DNA from: Dehalococcoidia bacterium | GTDB lineage: Bacteria > Chloroflexota > Dehalococcoidia > Lucifugimonadales > Australimonadaceae | Assembly (NCBI GenBank): GCA_965201135.1 | Contig: OZ241751.1 | Coordinates: 1,780,248-1,844,247 of the forward strand | Direction of reading: 5' to 3' | DNA length: 64,000 bases | In this document: piece after piece, positions 17,978 to 27,562 of the stretch | How positions within the stretch are numbered: position 1 is the stretch's first letter | Layout: each line of letters opens with the position of its first letter | The notes under the pieces: model-generated | The model's input: only the letters and a program-made list of their open reading frames with translations | Told to the model about the DNA's origin: nothing | Databases searched by the model: none | Translations under genes and position numbers: made by a program

Positions 17978-18925
17978 ATGGCGATTCTCATCACCGGCGG
18001 AATGGGGTTCATCGGCCTGCACGCGGCCAAGGCGTTCGTGGACGCGGGCGAGGACGTCGTCGTCACCTACTACCAGACGTGGCGCGAGCCCTCCTTCATC
18101 AAAGACGAGTTCGGCAAGCGCGTCATCGTCGAGAAGGCCGACGTCTCCCAGCCCAGCGTCATCGAGGAACTCGCCAAGAAGCACAAGACGGAGCACATCG
18201 TCCACCTCGCCGTCCCCGGCGTCGCCGCGCTCGGCCCCTACGAGGACTACCGGGTCAATATGAACGGGCTCATCGGGGTTCTCGAGGCCGCCCGCAACGC
18301 CGAGGTCAAACGCCTCTCCCTCGCGTCCTCCATCGCCGTCTACCACAGCCTGCCCGCGGGCCCCTTCCGCGAGACCGATACGCTCCCCGTCGAGTCCAGC
18401 AACCCGACCGAAACGTTCAAGAAGGCGTGGGAGATCCTCGCCTTCCATTACGCCGACCGCACGGGGCTGGAGGTCGTCTCGATGCGGATCGGCGGCATCT
18501 GGGGGCCGCTCTACCACTCGATGATGAACCTCCCCAGCAGGCTGGCGCACGCCGCGATGAAGGGCGATGAGCCGGACTACTCGCGAGGCGGCGTCCCCTT
18601 CGCCGACGACCACTGGGACCTCTGCTACGTCAAGGACTGCGCGCAGGGGATCAGACTCGTCCAACTCGCCGACAACCTCAGCCACCGGATCTACAACGTC
18701 AGTTCCGGCTCCGCCGTCTCCAACCAAATGCTCGTGGACGCCGTGAAAGCCGCCAAGCCGGACGCGAATCTCCCGCTGCGGCAGGGCAAAGGCCCCGCCT
18801 ACAAGGAGAGCAACTACCTGGATATGAGCCGCGCCCGCGACGAACTCGGCTTCGCCAACGCCTACACGCCGCAAACCGCGATGGCCGACTACCTCGCGTG
18901 GCTCGGCGAGGGCAACGAGAAGTAG
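17978..18925 (+). CDS. NAD-dependent epimerase/dehydratase family protein
   Basis: Start at ATG 17978 after GGAGG. MAILITGGMGFIGLH is the Rossmann GxxGxxG motif. The upstream part of track ORF 17804.. is not coding. Confidence 0.8.
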   Translation: MAILITGGMGFIGLHAAKAFVDAGEDVVVTYYQTWREPSFIKDEFGKRVIVEKADVSQPSVIEELAKKHKTEHIVHLAVPGVAALGPYEDYRVNMNGLIGVLEAARNAEVKRLSLASSIAVYHSLPAGPFRETDTLPVESSNPTETFKKAWEILAFHYADRTGLEVVSMRIGGIWGPLYHSMMNLPSRLAHAAMKGDEPDYSRGGVPFADDHWDLCYVKDCAQGIRLVQLADNLSHRIYNVSSGSAVSNQMLVDAVKAAKPDANLPLRQGKGPAYKESNYLDMSRARDELGFANAYTPQTAMADYLAWLGEGNEK

Positions 18926-18950
18926 AGGCGCTCCTCATGGCTGCCCCATC

Positions 18951-19378
18951 CCCATAACCGTCATTCCGGCGTAGGCCGGAATCCAGAGGCGCGAAAGCGC
19001 CGCATTTCCCCTCTCCCTATAAGGGGAGAGGACGCCATAAGGGGAGAGGACGCCGCGAACGCGGCGGGAGAGGGTACTGTGGTCGGGAGGCGCAACGCGC
19101 CCCCCATAACCGTCATTCCGGCGTAGGCCGGAATCCAGAGGCGCGAAAGCGCCGCATCCCCTCTCCCTAGAAGGGGAGAGGACGCCGCGAACGCGGCGGG
19201 AGAGGGTGCTGTGGTCGGGAGGCGCAACGCGCCCCCCATAACCGTCATTCCGGCGTAGGCCGGAATCCAGAGGCGCGAAAGCGCCGCATTCCCCTCTCCC
19301 TAGAAGGGGAGAGGACGCCGCGAACGCGGCGGGAGAGGGTACTGCGGGCTGAGCGGCGGGGTTATGCAAGGGTCGCCT
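18951..19378. repeat. Tandem triplication of a composite repeat unit (152, 132 and ~115 bp), ending in a degenerate MITE right end
   Basis: The units start at 18951, 19103 and 19235 with CCCATAACCGTCATTCCGGCGTAGGCCGGAATCCAGAGGCGCGAAAGCGCC..CCCTCTCCCTA[T/G]AAGGGGAGAGGACGCCGCGAACGCGGCGGGAGAGGGT[A/G]CTGTGGTCGGGAGGCGCAACGCGCCCC. The array ends with GGGGTTATGCAAGGGTCGCC-TAGAAGGGGAGAG. Confidence 0.9.
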
Positions 19379-19432
19379 AGAAGGGGAGAGAACGCGGCGG
19401 GAGAAGGCGCTGCGGACAAGAGCGAAGAGGTT

Positions 19433-20245
19433 ATGCCAATGTCCCCGCTGAGCATAGGAGTCGTCGGATGCGGCGCGATAGGCCGCGCCATTCTCCGCGC
19501 CGCCGACGAAGGCGCGCTAGACGTCGAGGTCGCCGGCGCCGCGAGCCGCTCGGAACCCCCGGCCCGCGAGTTCCTCTCGACGCTCCGCGAGCCTCCGCCC
19601 TATCTGAGCGTCGGCGAGTTGATCGAGCAGGCCGACCTCATCGTGGAGGCCGCCGGCGCGTCCGCCGCCCCCGGCCTGGTGGACGCCGCGTTCGCCGCCG
19701 GCAAGGGCGCGATGGTCATCAGCGTCGGCGCCCTTATCGCCCATCCCGAGTTGCTGGAGAAGGCGCGCAAGACCGGCTGCCGCCTCCTGATGCCCTCCGG
19801 CGCCATTATCGGGCTGGACGGCGTCAAGGCCGCGTCGGAGGGCCGCGTAGACCGCGTCGTGATGGAGTCGCGCAAGGGCCCCGCCGCGCTCGACGGCGCC
19901 CCGCATATCGTCCAAAGCGGCCTCGACCTCTGGGCACTGGACGAGGAGAGCGTCGTCTTCTCCGGCTCCGCGCGCGAGGCGTGCGCCGCCTTCCCCGCCA
20001 ACCTCAACGTCTCCGCCGCCGTCAGTTTCGCCGGAATCGGCCCCGACCGGACCGAGGTCCGGATGATCGCCGTCCCAGGCCTCGAGCGCAACTGCCACGA
20101 CGTGGAGGTCGAGGGCGAATTCGGCCTGATGCGCCTCCACTTAGAGAACATCCCCGGCGAAAATCCCAAGACCGGGCGCCTCACCGCAATGTCCATCATC
20201 CGCGCCCTCCGCCAGGAAACCGACCCCGTCCGCTTGGGAACGTAG
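19433..20245 (+). CDS. nadX: L-aspartate dehydrogenase
   Basis: Starts MPMSPLSIGVVGCGAIGRA.. The C-terminal ..FPANLNVSAAVSFAG..NCHDVEVEGEFG..ENIPGENPKTGRLTAMSIIRAL is characteristic of NadX. Confidence 0.8.
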   Translation: MPMSPLSIGVVGCGAIGRAILRAADEGALDVEVAGAASRSEPPAREFLSTLREPPPYLSVGELIEQADLIVEAAGASAAPGLVDAAFAAGKGAMVISVGALIAHPELLEKARKTGCRLLMPSGAIIGLDGVKAASEGRVDRVVMESRKGPAALDGAPHIVQSGLDLWALDEESVVFSGSAREACAAFPANLNVSAAVSFAGIGPDRTEVRMIAVPGLERNCHDVEVEGEFGLMRLHLENIPGENPKTGRLTAMSIIRALRQETDPVRLGT

Positions 20246-20412
20246 CGCCTTCAAGCCTCTGCGCGCCCCATGCCGCCTCCCCGCCCATGCCGCCTCTCGT
20301 GCCCCCCTTGCCTCCTGCCCGCCCCAGGCCCCTGCGCGCCCCTTGTCCCGTCATTCCGGCGTAGGCCGGAATCCAGAGGCGCGCGAGCGCCGAATTCCCC
20401 TCTCCCCTTATA

Positions 20413-21930
20413 GAGACCTTTGCATAACCCCCAAATCGGCGCGATCGGCAGTTCCGCGCCCCCGGAACAGGCCATTCGCCCGCCTAAGTCCCTCCGAATG
20501 CGGCCTCCTCCGCCCCTTCTCGCCCCCAATTTAGGGGCTTCGCAGGGCCTCGTACCGCCAACGGACAGACCACGCCCTACCCATGCGCCGCGCAACCCTC
20601 TCAATCCTTCCGCCCGCCGAAAGTTGCACGCCAACGCCTTGAACGCCTCCGCCTCGTTCCTCATTAGCCCCATGCACCTCACCCGCCAGTACCCTTAGCA
20701 GCGCTTGAGCGTCCCTAGCGCCTGCTCCACAGGCGCCCGAACCTTCGACAGCAATCGCGCACAATAACCGCAACCCCCAACCGCGAGGAGACAGCTATGC
20801 GCCTCGAAGCCAGCGACCCCTCCTTCATCGACGCCTTCCTCCCTTCCAACGCAGGCCGCAACGACAGGCTCGACCGCATCGACGCCTCATCGATTGGCCC
20901 AAAGTCGCAGCCATCCTCGACGACGTCCACGCCGCCCCCGAAGGCCGCCCCGCGTACCGCCCAGTCACGATGGTCAAGACCATCGTCCTCCAGCAGTGGC
21001 ACGACACGTCCGACGTGGGCATGGAGGAGGCGCTCCAAGACCGGCTGTCGTTCCGGCGGTTCGCGGAGCTCACGCTGACGGACGCGGTTCCGGACCACTC
21101 GACGATCAGCCGGTTTCGGAAGAAGATCACGGAGCGGGGCTGGCGCGGGCGCTGTTCGCGGAAGTGAACCGGCAGTTGGAGGCGAAGGGCATGCTGGTGA
21201 AGCGCGGAACGCTGATCGACGCGACGATCATCGAGGCGCAGGCGCGGCGTCCGCAGTCGGAGGCTGGGGCGCGGAGCGGAACGGACCCCGACGCTGCGTG
21301 GACGCGGAAGAGGAAGAAGGCGCATTCGGCTGCAGGGTGCACATCGGCATGGACGCGGGGTCGGGGCTGATACGGGGGGTTGAGTTCACGCCAGCGAACG
21401 TAGCGGACACGGAGGCAGCGGACGCGCTGATCATGGGGGACGAGGAAGCGGTGCACGCGGACAAGGCGTATGAGTCGAAGGAGCGGCGTGAGCATCTGCG
21501 TTCGCAAGGCGTGAAGGATCGGATCATGCACAGGGGGCACAAGCATCAGACGGAGCTCCGCATTGGCAGCGGAGGAGGAATGGGCTGCTGTCGAAGGTGC
21601 GGGCGCCTGTGGAGCAGGCGCTAGGGACGCTCAAGCGCTGCTAAGGGTACTGGCGGGTTCGGTATATGGGTCTCGGGATGAACGAGGCGGAGGCGTTGTT
21701 CAAGGCGCTGGGGTGCAACTTGCGACGGGCGGACGGGTTGAGAGAGGGTTGCGCTGCGCATGGGTAGGGGCGTATTGCGCCCGTTGGCGGTTTGAGGCCC
21801 TGCGAGCCCCTGAGTTGGGGGCGGGTAGGGGAGGAGGAGGCCGCGTTCGGAGGACTTGGGCGGTCGAATGGCCTGTTCCGGGGGCGCGGAACTGCCGATC
21901 GCGGCGATGCGAGGGTTATGCAAAGGTCTC
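20413..21930. mobile_element. Scrambled, degenerate IS5-family copy with an inverted ~340-bp right-end fragment fused to a 5'-truncated copy
   Basis: 20413..~20753 is the reverse complement of an IS right end and starts with GAGACCTTTGCATAACC. From ~20751 a forward copy follows that lacks the first ~25 bp of the left end and runs to GGTTATGCAAAGGTCTC at 21930. The whole element is flanked by TATA inside repeat module C. Confidence 0.8.
20797..21767 (+). pseudogene. IS5-family transposase pseudogene
   Basis: It is collinear with the intact gene at 32491..33465. It carries at least two 1-nt deletions (near 20885 and 21140) and an in-frame TAA (..LKRC*GYWRVRY..). The translation is split over track ORFs 20797.., 20970.., 20894.. 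and 21298.. Confidence 0.85.
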
Positions 21931-22141
21931 TATAGGGAGAGGGGGATTGGGCGCTTGCGCGCCTCTGGATTCCGGCCTACGCCGGAATGACGGGACAAGG
22001 GGCACGGTGGCGCTGGGCTAAGGCGGGGCGGATACGCCCTGCGGCGGGGATTGCCTGCGGGCCGTGCGGCTACGCGCAAGGCGCGCGCTCTGCTATGCTA
22101 GGCGCTCCCAAACCCCTCGCCATTGCATGGAGGAGCCGCGG

Positions 22142-24370
22142 ATGACCACTCAGCCAAGCGTCGTCGGAATGCCCGTTCCCCGCGTGGACGGGCGCGACAA
22201 AGTGACCGGCGCGTCCGTCTACGGCGCGGACGTCGATATTCCCGGGACGCTGTGGGCGAAGACCGTCCGCAGCCCGTTCCCGCACGCGCGCATCTTGTCG
22301 TTGGACGCGTCCGCCGCCCGCGCGCTGCCGGGCGTCCACGCCGTGCTGACGGGCGCGGACATTCCCGCGAATATGCGCTGGGGCCGCCGCATCGCCGACG
22401 TTCCGGTGCTGGCGCAGGGCGAGGTCAGGTTCGTCGGCGAGCAGGTCGCGGCGGTCGTGGCGGACGACGAGGAGATCGCGCAACGCGGCGTCGAACTCGT
22501 GGACGTCGAGTACGAAGAGTTGCCGGCCGTAACCGACCCGGAAGAGGCGATGCGGAACGAGTTGCTCGTCAACCCGGATATGACGTCGTTCAAGGGTCTG
22601 CTCTACGAGACGCCGGAGCCGACGAACGTGGTCGTGCACTGGGAATGGAGCAGGGGCGACGTCGAGGCGGGAATGGCGGAGGCCGACCTGGTCGTCGAGA
22701 ACACGTACACGACGCCGTCGCAGCATCAGACGTATATGGAGGCGCACAACGCCACCGTGCGCGTCAACCCGGACGGCACGGCGGACGTTTGGACGCCTGG
22801 GAAAGCGCCCTACGCGGTGCGCTCGCAGATTTCGGGGCCGCTGGGCGCCGATCCGGAGAGCATCGTGTTTCATCCGGTGACGATTGGGGGGGACTTCGGG
22901 GGGAAGGGGTCGCCGATGAACGTCGCGCTGGGCTACCTCCTCTCCAAAGCGGTCGGCGGGCGCCCGGTGAAGATGGTGTTCGACTACAGCGAGGAGTTTA
23001 TGGCGGCCAATCCGCGCCACTACGCCAAACTGCGGATGCGGACGGGCGTCAAGCGGGACGGCTCCATCACGGCGCACGAGGCGCGGATCGTGTTCGACAG
23101 CGGCGCCTACGCGGGATTCAAGCCCGCCGGGCACTTGGGCGGGGCGAAAGCCGCCGGCGGGCCGTACCGGACGGCGAACGCCCGGGTCGTCGAGGATATG
23201 GTCTACACGCACAACACGCCGTGCGGCCATATGCGCGGCCCCGGCGAGCCGCAGGCGGTCTTCGCCCTGGAGTCGCACGTTGACGAGGTCGCCAAGGCTC
23301 TGGGCATGGACCCGGTCGAGTTCCGGCTGATGAACCTGGTGACGGACGGGGAGCCGACGGCGCTGGGGGACGTGTTCGTCGAGAACCGCGCGGCCCCCGC
23401 GCTCGAGGCCGCCGTCGAGGCGTCGGGCTACCGCGCGCCCAAAGCGCAAGGCGTGGGGCGCGGCGTGTCGGTCGGCGAGCGGCCTCCCGGCGGCGGGCGC
23501 ATCAACTCGCAGGTGTCGCTGGAGGCGGACGGCTCGGTCGTGATCACGACGCCGCTCTTCGAGCAGGGCGCGGGCGCGTACACCGTGCTGCAGCAGGTCG
23601 TCGCGGAGGACTTGGGGCTGCCGGCCGACGGCGTCCGCATCGTCGTCGCGGACACGGGGCTGTTCGATATGGACCAGGGCGTCGGGGGAAGCCGCGTCAC
23701 CAATCTGGGGACGGTCGCCACGCACGACGCGGTCGGGCAGGCGCAGGGCGAACTCTTCAAACTCGCTGCCGAACTGCAGAACTGGCCGGAGGAGCGGCTG
23801 GAGATTCGCGGGCCGATGCTGGTGCGGACGGACACCGGGGAGTCGCAGCCGTGGAGCGGCCTGATCGCGCGGGTGGGCGCGCCGGTCGTGGGGCGCGGCG
23901 TCGCGTCCGGGGGCTACGAGAACCCGGTGACGGGCTACTGCGCGCAAGTCGCGGAGGTGGAGGTGGACGAGGAAACCGGCCAAGTCCGCCTAACGAAACT
24001 GACCACCGCGCACGACACGGGGACGATCATCAACCCCATCGGGCATCAGGGGCAGATCAACGGCGGCGCGATTATGGGCGTCGGGTTCGGCCTGCAGGAG
24101 GAACTCGTCCGGGAGAACGGGTTCGTCTCCACGCTCTCGTTCGCGGACTACAAGATTCCGAACATTGCGGACATCCCGGAGTTGGAGACGGTGATCTTGG
24201 ACGAGCCGGCGCAGGGGGTTGGGCCGTACAATATCAAGGCGATTGGGGAGAGCCCGAACGCGCCGACCGCCGCCGCCATCGCCAACGCCATCGCCGACGC
24301 GGTGGGCGTTCGCGCCCGGGACTTGCCCGCGACCGCCGAGAAAGTCCGCGCCGCCCTCCGCAACGCCTAA
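22142..24370 (+). CDS. Xanthine dehydrogenase/aldehyde oxidase-family molybdopterin-binding large subunit
   Basis: Start at ATG 22142 after GGAGGA. The N-terminus reads VGMPVPRVDGRDKVTGASVYGADV, the protein is 742 aa, and the family layout is typical. No small or medium subunit gene is adjacent. Confidence 0.85.
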   Translation: MTTQPSVVGMPVPRVDGRDKVTGASVYGADVDIPGTLWAKTVRSPFPHARILSLDASAARALPGVHAVLTGADIPANMRWGRRIADVPVLAQGEVRFVGEQVAAVVADDEEIAQRGVELVDVEYEELPAVTDPEEAMRNELLVNPDMTSFKGLLYETPEPTNVVVHWEWSRGDVEAGMAEADLVVENTYTTPSQHQTYMEAHNATVRVNPDGTADVWTPGKAPYAVRSQISGPLGADPESIVFHPVTIGGDFGGKGSPMNVALGYLLSKAVGGRPVKMVFDYSEEFMAANPRHYAKLRMRTGVKRDGSITAHEARIVFDSGAYAGFKPAGHLGGAKAAGGPYRTANARVVEDMVYTHNTPCGHMRGPGEPQAVFALESHVDEVAKALGMDPVEFRLMNLVTDGEPTALGDVFVENRAAPALEAAVEASGYRAPKAQGVGRGVSVGERPPGGGRINSQVSLEADGSVVITTPLFEQGAGAYTVLQQVVAEDLGLPADGVRIVVADTGLFDMDQGVGGSRVTNLGTVATHDAVGQAQGELFKLAAELQNWPEERLEIRGPMLVRTDTGESQPWSGLIARVGAPVVGRGVASGGYENPVTGYCAQVAEVEVDEETGQVRLTKLTTAHDTGTIINPIGHQGQINGGAIMGVGFGLQEELVRENGFVSTLSFADYKIPNIADIPELETVILDEPAQGVGPYNIKAIGESPNAPTAAAIANAIADAVGVRARDLPATAEKVRAALRNA

Positions 24371-24385
24371 CGGAGCGAGCGCCCT

Positions 24386-26014
24386 ATGGACGAGTTGCGC
24401 CCCATCGCAGAGGTCGCCCGCGCCGCCGGCATCCCGCCGAAGCATCTCATTCCCTACGGCGCCTCGAAAGCGAAGGTCGCGCTCGACGCCGTCTTGCCGG
24501 AGCGGACGGGCAAACTGATCGTCGTCACGGGCGTAACGCCCACTCCGGCGGGCGAGGGCAAGACGACGACCACCGTCGCGCTGACGCAGGGGCTGGGCAA
24601 GATCGGCAAGAAGGCCGCCGCGACGCTGCGTGAGCCCTCGCTCGGCCCGATCTTCGGCATCAAGGGAGGCGGAACGGGCGGGGGGAAGTCGCGCGTCGTC
24701 CCCGAGGACGAGATCAACGTGCACTTCACGGGCGACGCGCACGCGGTGGGGTCGGCGCACAACCTGCTGGGGGCGATTGCGGAGAACGCGGCGCAACGCG
24801 GGCTCATTCCGGGCATTTCGCCGCAGGACATCACGTGGCGGCGCGTCGTGGACATCGAAGACCGGGCGCTCCGCAGCATCGTCTCCGGGCTAGGGGGCTC
24901 GGCGAACGCGCCCCTGCGCGAGAGCGGCTTCGACATCGTGACCGCGTCGGAGATTATGGCGACGCTGGCGCTGTCGTCCGACCTCGCGGACTTGCGGGCG
25001 CGGCTCGGCAGAATCACGGTGGCGTCAGGCGTGGGAGGCAAGCGCGCGACGGCCTCGGACGTCGGCGCGGTCGGGTCGCTGATGGCGCTGCTGCGGCACG
25101 CGCTGATTCCCAACCTCGTTCAGACGCTGGAGGGGCAGCCCGCCTTCGTGCACACGGGCCCGTTCGGCAACATCGCGCACGGCTGCAGTTCCGTCGTCGC
25201 CGACCGGCTGGCGCTGGGCTACGCCGACTACGTAGTGACGGAGGCCGGCTTCGGCGCCGATCTGGGATTCGAGAAGTTTATGCACATCAAATGCCGCTCG
25301 TCCGGCCTGCGGCCAAGCGCCGCCGTGCTGGTCGGCACCGCGCGGGCGATGAAGCATCACGGGGGCGTTCCCGCGAACAGTCTCGACCGCCCCGATCCCT
25401 TCTCCGTCCGCATCGGAACCGCGAATTTGCAGCATATGATCGGCATCATCCGCGCCTTCGGGCTTCCGGTGGTCGTCGCCGTCAACCACTTCCCGACGGA
25501 CACGCCGGAGGAGACGGTGATTATGCAGGACGTGGCGATCGAGGCGGGAGCGTCCGCCGCCGTGGTCTGCTCCGGCTTCGCCGACGGAGGCGACGGGGCG
25601 ACGGAACTCGCGGAGGCCGTCGTCCGCGCCGCCGACGGCGATCCGCCGGAGATAAGTTATCTCTATCCGACGGAGGCGCCGATCCGCGAGAAGGCGCTCG
25701 CGCTCGCCAAGACCGTCTACGGCGCCGCGGACGTCCGGTGGAGCCCGGAGGCGTCGCGGCGGCTCGACGGCTTCGAGCGGCAGGGGCTCGGCGGCCTGCC
25801 CGTCTGCATGGCGAAAACGCCGCTCTCCATATCGCACGACTCGTCGCTCAAGAACCGCCCGTCCGGCTACACGTTCGAGATATCGGACGTCCGCGCCTCG
25901 ACGGGGGCGGGCTTCGTGTACCCGGTCGCCGGAAACATCGTGACGATGCCCGGCCTGCCCAAAACGCCCCGCGCGCTCGACGTGGACGCGGAGGGGAACA
26001 TCGTCGGGCTGTAG
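24386..26014 (+). CDS. fhs: Formate--tetrahydrofolate ligase
   Basis: 542 aa with the P-loop-like TPTPAGEGKTTTTVAL and overall collinearity with FTHFS. Confidence 0.9.
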   Translation: MDELRPIAEVARAAGIPPKHLIPYGASKAKVALDAVLPERTGKLIVVTGVTPTPAGEGKTTTTVALTQGLGKIGKKAAATLREPSLGPIFGIKGGGTGGGKSRVVPEDEINVHFTGDAHAVGSAHNLLGAIAENAAQRGLIPGISPQDITWRRVVDIEDRALRSIVSGLGGSANAPLRESGFDIVTASEIMATLALSSDLADLRARLGRITVASGVGGKRATASDVGAVGSLMALLRHALIPNLVQTLEGQPAFVHTGPFGNIAHGCSSVVADRLALGYADYVVTEAGFGADLGFEKFMHIKCRSSGLRPSAAVLVGTARAMKHHGGVPANSLDRPDPFSVRIGTANLQHMIGIIRAFGLPVVVAVNHFPTDTPEETVIMQDVAIEAGASAAVVCSGFADGGDGATELAEAVVRAADGDPPEISYLYPTEAPIREKALALAKTVYGAADVRWSPEASRRLDGFERQGLGGLPVCMAKTPLSISHDSSLKNRPSGYTFEISDVRASTGAGFVYPVAGNIVTMPGLPKTPRALDVDAEGNIVGL

Positions 26015-26124
26015 GGCGCGCCCGCCACGTCCGGGGCACCGCCCCGGACGCATCGCCTGCCGCCCCGTCAGCCCATAATGAGCCTCGCGCAATGCGTCGC
26101 CTTGCCGCCCGTCGCGCGCCCATG

Positions 26125-26495
26125 ACCGTCATTCCCGCGTAGGCGGGAATCCCGCCCCATTGAGGCGCGCAAGCGCCTAATTCCCCCTCTCCCTACAAGG
26201 GGAGAGGACGCCGCGAACGCGGCGGGAGAGGGTACTGCGGTCGGGCGCAACCCGCGCCCCGTCATTCCCCCCCACCCTACCGTCATTCCTGCGTAGGCAG
26301 GAATCCATTCGGCGCGCCAGCGCCACAGACGGGGCGCGGGGCGCCCCGTCTCCCCTGATCCCCCGCCCCACGTCATTCCCGCGAAAGCGGGAACCTACTG
26401 GAACACATCCACGCGCCGCGCAAGCCCAGGCAGGCCTCGCCCCGCGCGACGGGGATGCGAGATTCCCGCCTATGCGGGAATGACGGGGCGCGTCG
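26125..26495. repeat. Palindromic repeat mosaic
   Basis: Modules A-B-C (CCCTCTCCCTACAAGGGGAGAGG)-D-E, a type II unit, and a terminal reverse module A. Confidence 0.9.
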
Positions 26496-26566
26496 CGCCT
26501 CGCCCCCAATCCTCCCCCCGCACCGCCCGCGCCCTCACCCGCCGCCGACCTCTTCCGTTCGAGTCC

Positions 26567-27364
26567 CTAATCCCAGCGGGTGGACGGCTTCGGCTCGAGC
26601 GCGCCGTCCACGTAGACGTCCGCCTTGCCTTGCGCGAAGCAGACGTAGCCCGCGATCTTCGCCGCCTCCGCCGTCGGATAGCGGTACGTCCACGCGGCGC
26701 TCTCGACCGTCGCGCCGCCCGCCTCGACGTGGAGCATCTCCGCCTCGCCCTTGTACGGCGACCCAACGACGCGCCCGCTCGGACGCAGCGCCTCCATGCG
26801 AACGTCGGCGCCGGGGATGTAGTAGCGATGCGGAAGCCCCGTCTCCAGCAGCAGCACGGGCGCGCTCGTCTCCGCGACGACCGCGCCGTTGACCTCGACC
26901 CTGACGCGGCGGGAACTCCGAAGGCAGTCGATCCGCGTGTACGGGTCTTTCGGCCCCGTGAAGACCTCCTCTTCCTCCTCGAACCAGGCGTCCATCTTGC
27001 CCCAGTAGAGCCCGACGTAGTCCCGCGCGTCCACGCAGCCCTCGAGCGGCTCCGGGTAGCGCCAGACCGCGTTCTCCTCGACGCGCTCGCCGACCTTGAC
27101 GCTCCAGTACTGGGCGTCTCCCTTGATTGGTCAGCGCGACGAGTGCGCCGTCTCCTCGAGGAACTCCCATCGGACGTCGCGCGTCGGGAGGTAGTACACG
27201 GGCTGATGGCGCGTCTCGTGCATAATGACGGCGCTCGTCGTGTCCGCGATCGTCTCGCCGCCGAAGACGGCGCGAATGCGCTTCGGCGTCGGCTCCAGGA
27301 ACGCGCGATGCTCCTCCGCCGCGCTCGCCGCGCCCGCCTCCCGCGCCCTAAACGCTTGCGTCAT
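26567..27364 (-). CDS. Two-domain DUF427-family protein with in-frame TGA at the conserved Cys position (candidate selenoprotein or point-mutated pseudogene)
   Basis: Track ORFs 27131..27415 and 26567..27034 share one frame, and the only stop between them is TGA at 27131..27133. The junction reads ..YYLPTRDVRWEFLEETAHSSR-U-PIKGDAQYWSVKVGER.., and DUF427 normally has ..C-P-x-K-G-x-A-x-Y.. here. Start at ATG 27364 after AGGAGA. Confidence 0.6.
27098..27118 (-). promoter_or_regulatory. SECIS-like hairpin 3' of the in-frame UGA of the DUF427 gene
   Basis: The mRNA reads GACGCCC-AGUACU-GG-A-GCGUC. This gives a 5-bp stem plus a 2-bp stem with one bulged A, and the loop contains GU. The stem starts 12 nt after the UGA codon, the same spacing as in the GRDB-like gene. 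Confidence 0.35.
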
Positions 27365-27413
27365 CGGCTCTCTCCTTTCCGTAGACCTTGCCTGCCCCCG
27401 TCCCTCCCAGAGC

Positions 27414-27511
27414 ACCCTCTCCCGCCGCGTTCGCGGCGTCCTCTCCCCTTCTAGGGAGAGGGGGATTCGGCGCTTGCGCGCCTCTGGATTCCGGCCTACG
27501 CCGGAATGACG
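27414..27511. repeat. Palindromic repeat unit (reverse orientation D-C-B-A)
   Basis: CCCTCTCCCGCCGCGTTCGCGGCGTCCTCTCCCCTTCTAGGGAGAGGGGGATTCGGCGCTTGCGCGCCTCTGGATTCCGGCCTACGCCGGAATGAC. Confidence 0.9.
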
Positions 27512-27562
27512 TCAGGTTTACGCAAGGTCTCTTTTGCGATTCCGCGCATCGTCCGCGCCCGG

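Noticed and set aside
18935-19369. 144-aa and 95-aa ORFs, and similar ORFs at 2750..3148, 13909..14241, 26068..26509 and 36900..37360, lying entirely in repeat arrays
   Set aside because: They are translations of the palindromic modules. The same pseudo-peptides ([52 protein letters not shown]) recur in all frames and orientations wherever the repeats occur.
18951-19378. Possible CRISPR array (regularly spaced repeats)
   Set aside because: The period is 130-150 bp. The whole unit, including what would be spacers, is conserved between copies. The units are composed of the dispersed palindromic modules, and there are no cas genes in the window.
22070-23983. 637-aa antisense ORF opposite the molybdopterin hydroxylase gene
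   Set aside because: It is a classic antisense open frame in GC-rich DNA. It is Arg/His/Pro/Asp-rich and has no motif.
26535-26580. tRNA-like T-arm string (CCGTTCGAGTCCC); also TTCGAA at 14201 and GGATTCGAACTCC at ~11335
   Set aside because: No acceptor, D or anticodon stems can be drawn around them. They lie at the DUF427 gene 3' end, in the IS30 terminal repeat and inside a CDS respectively.
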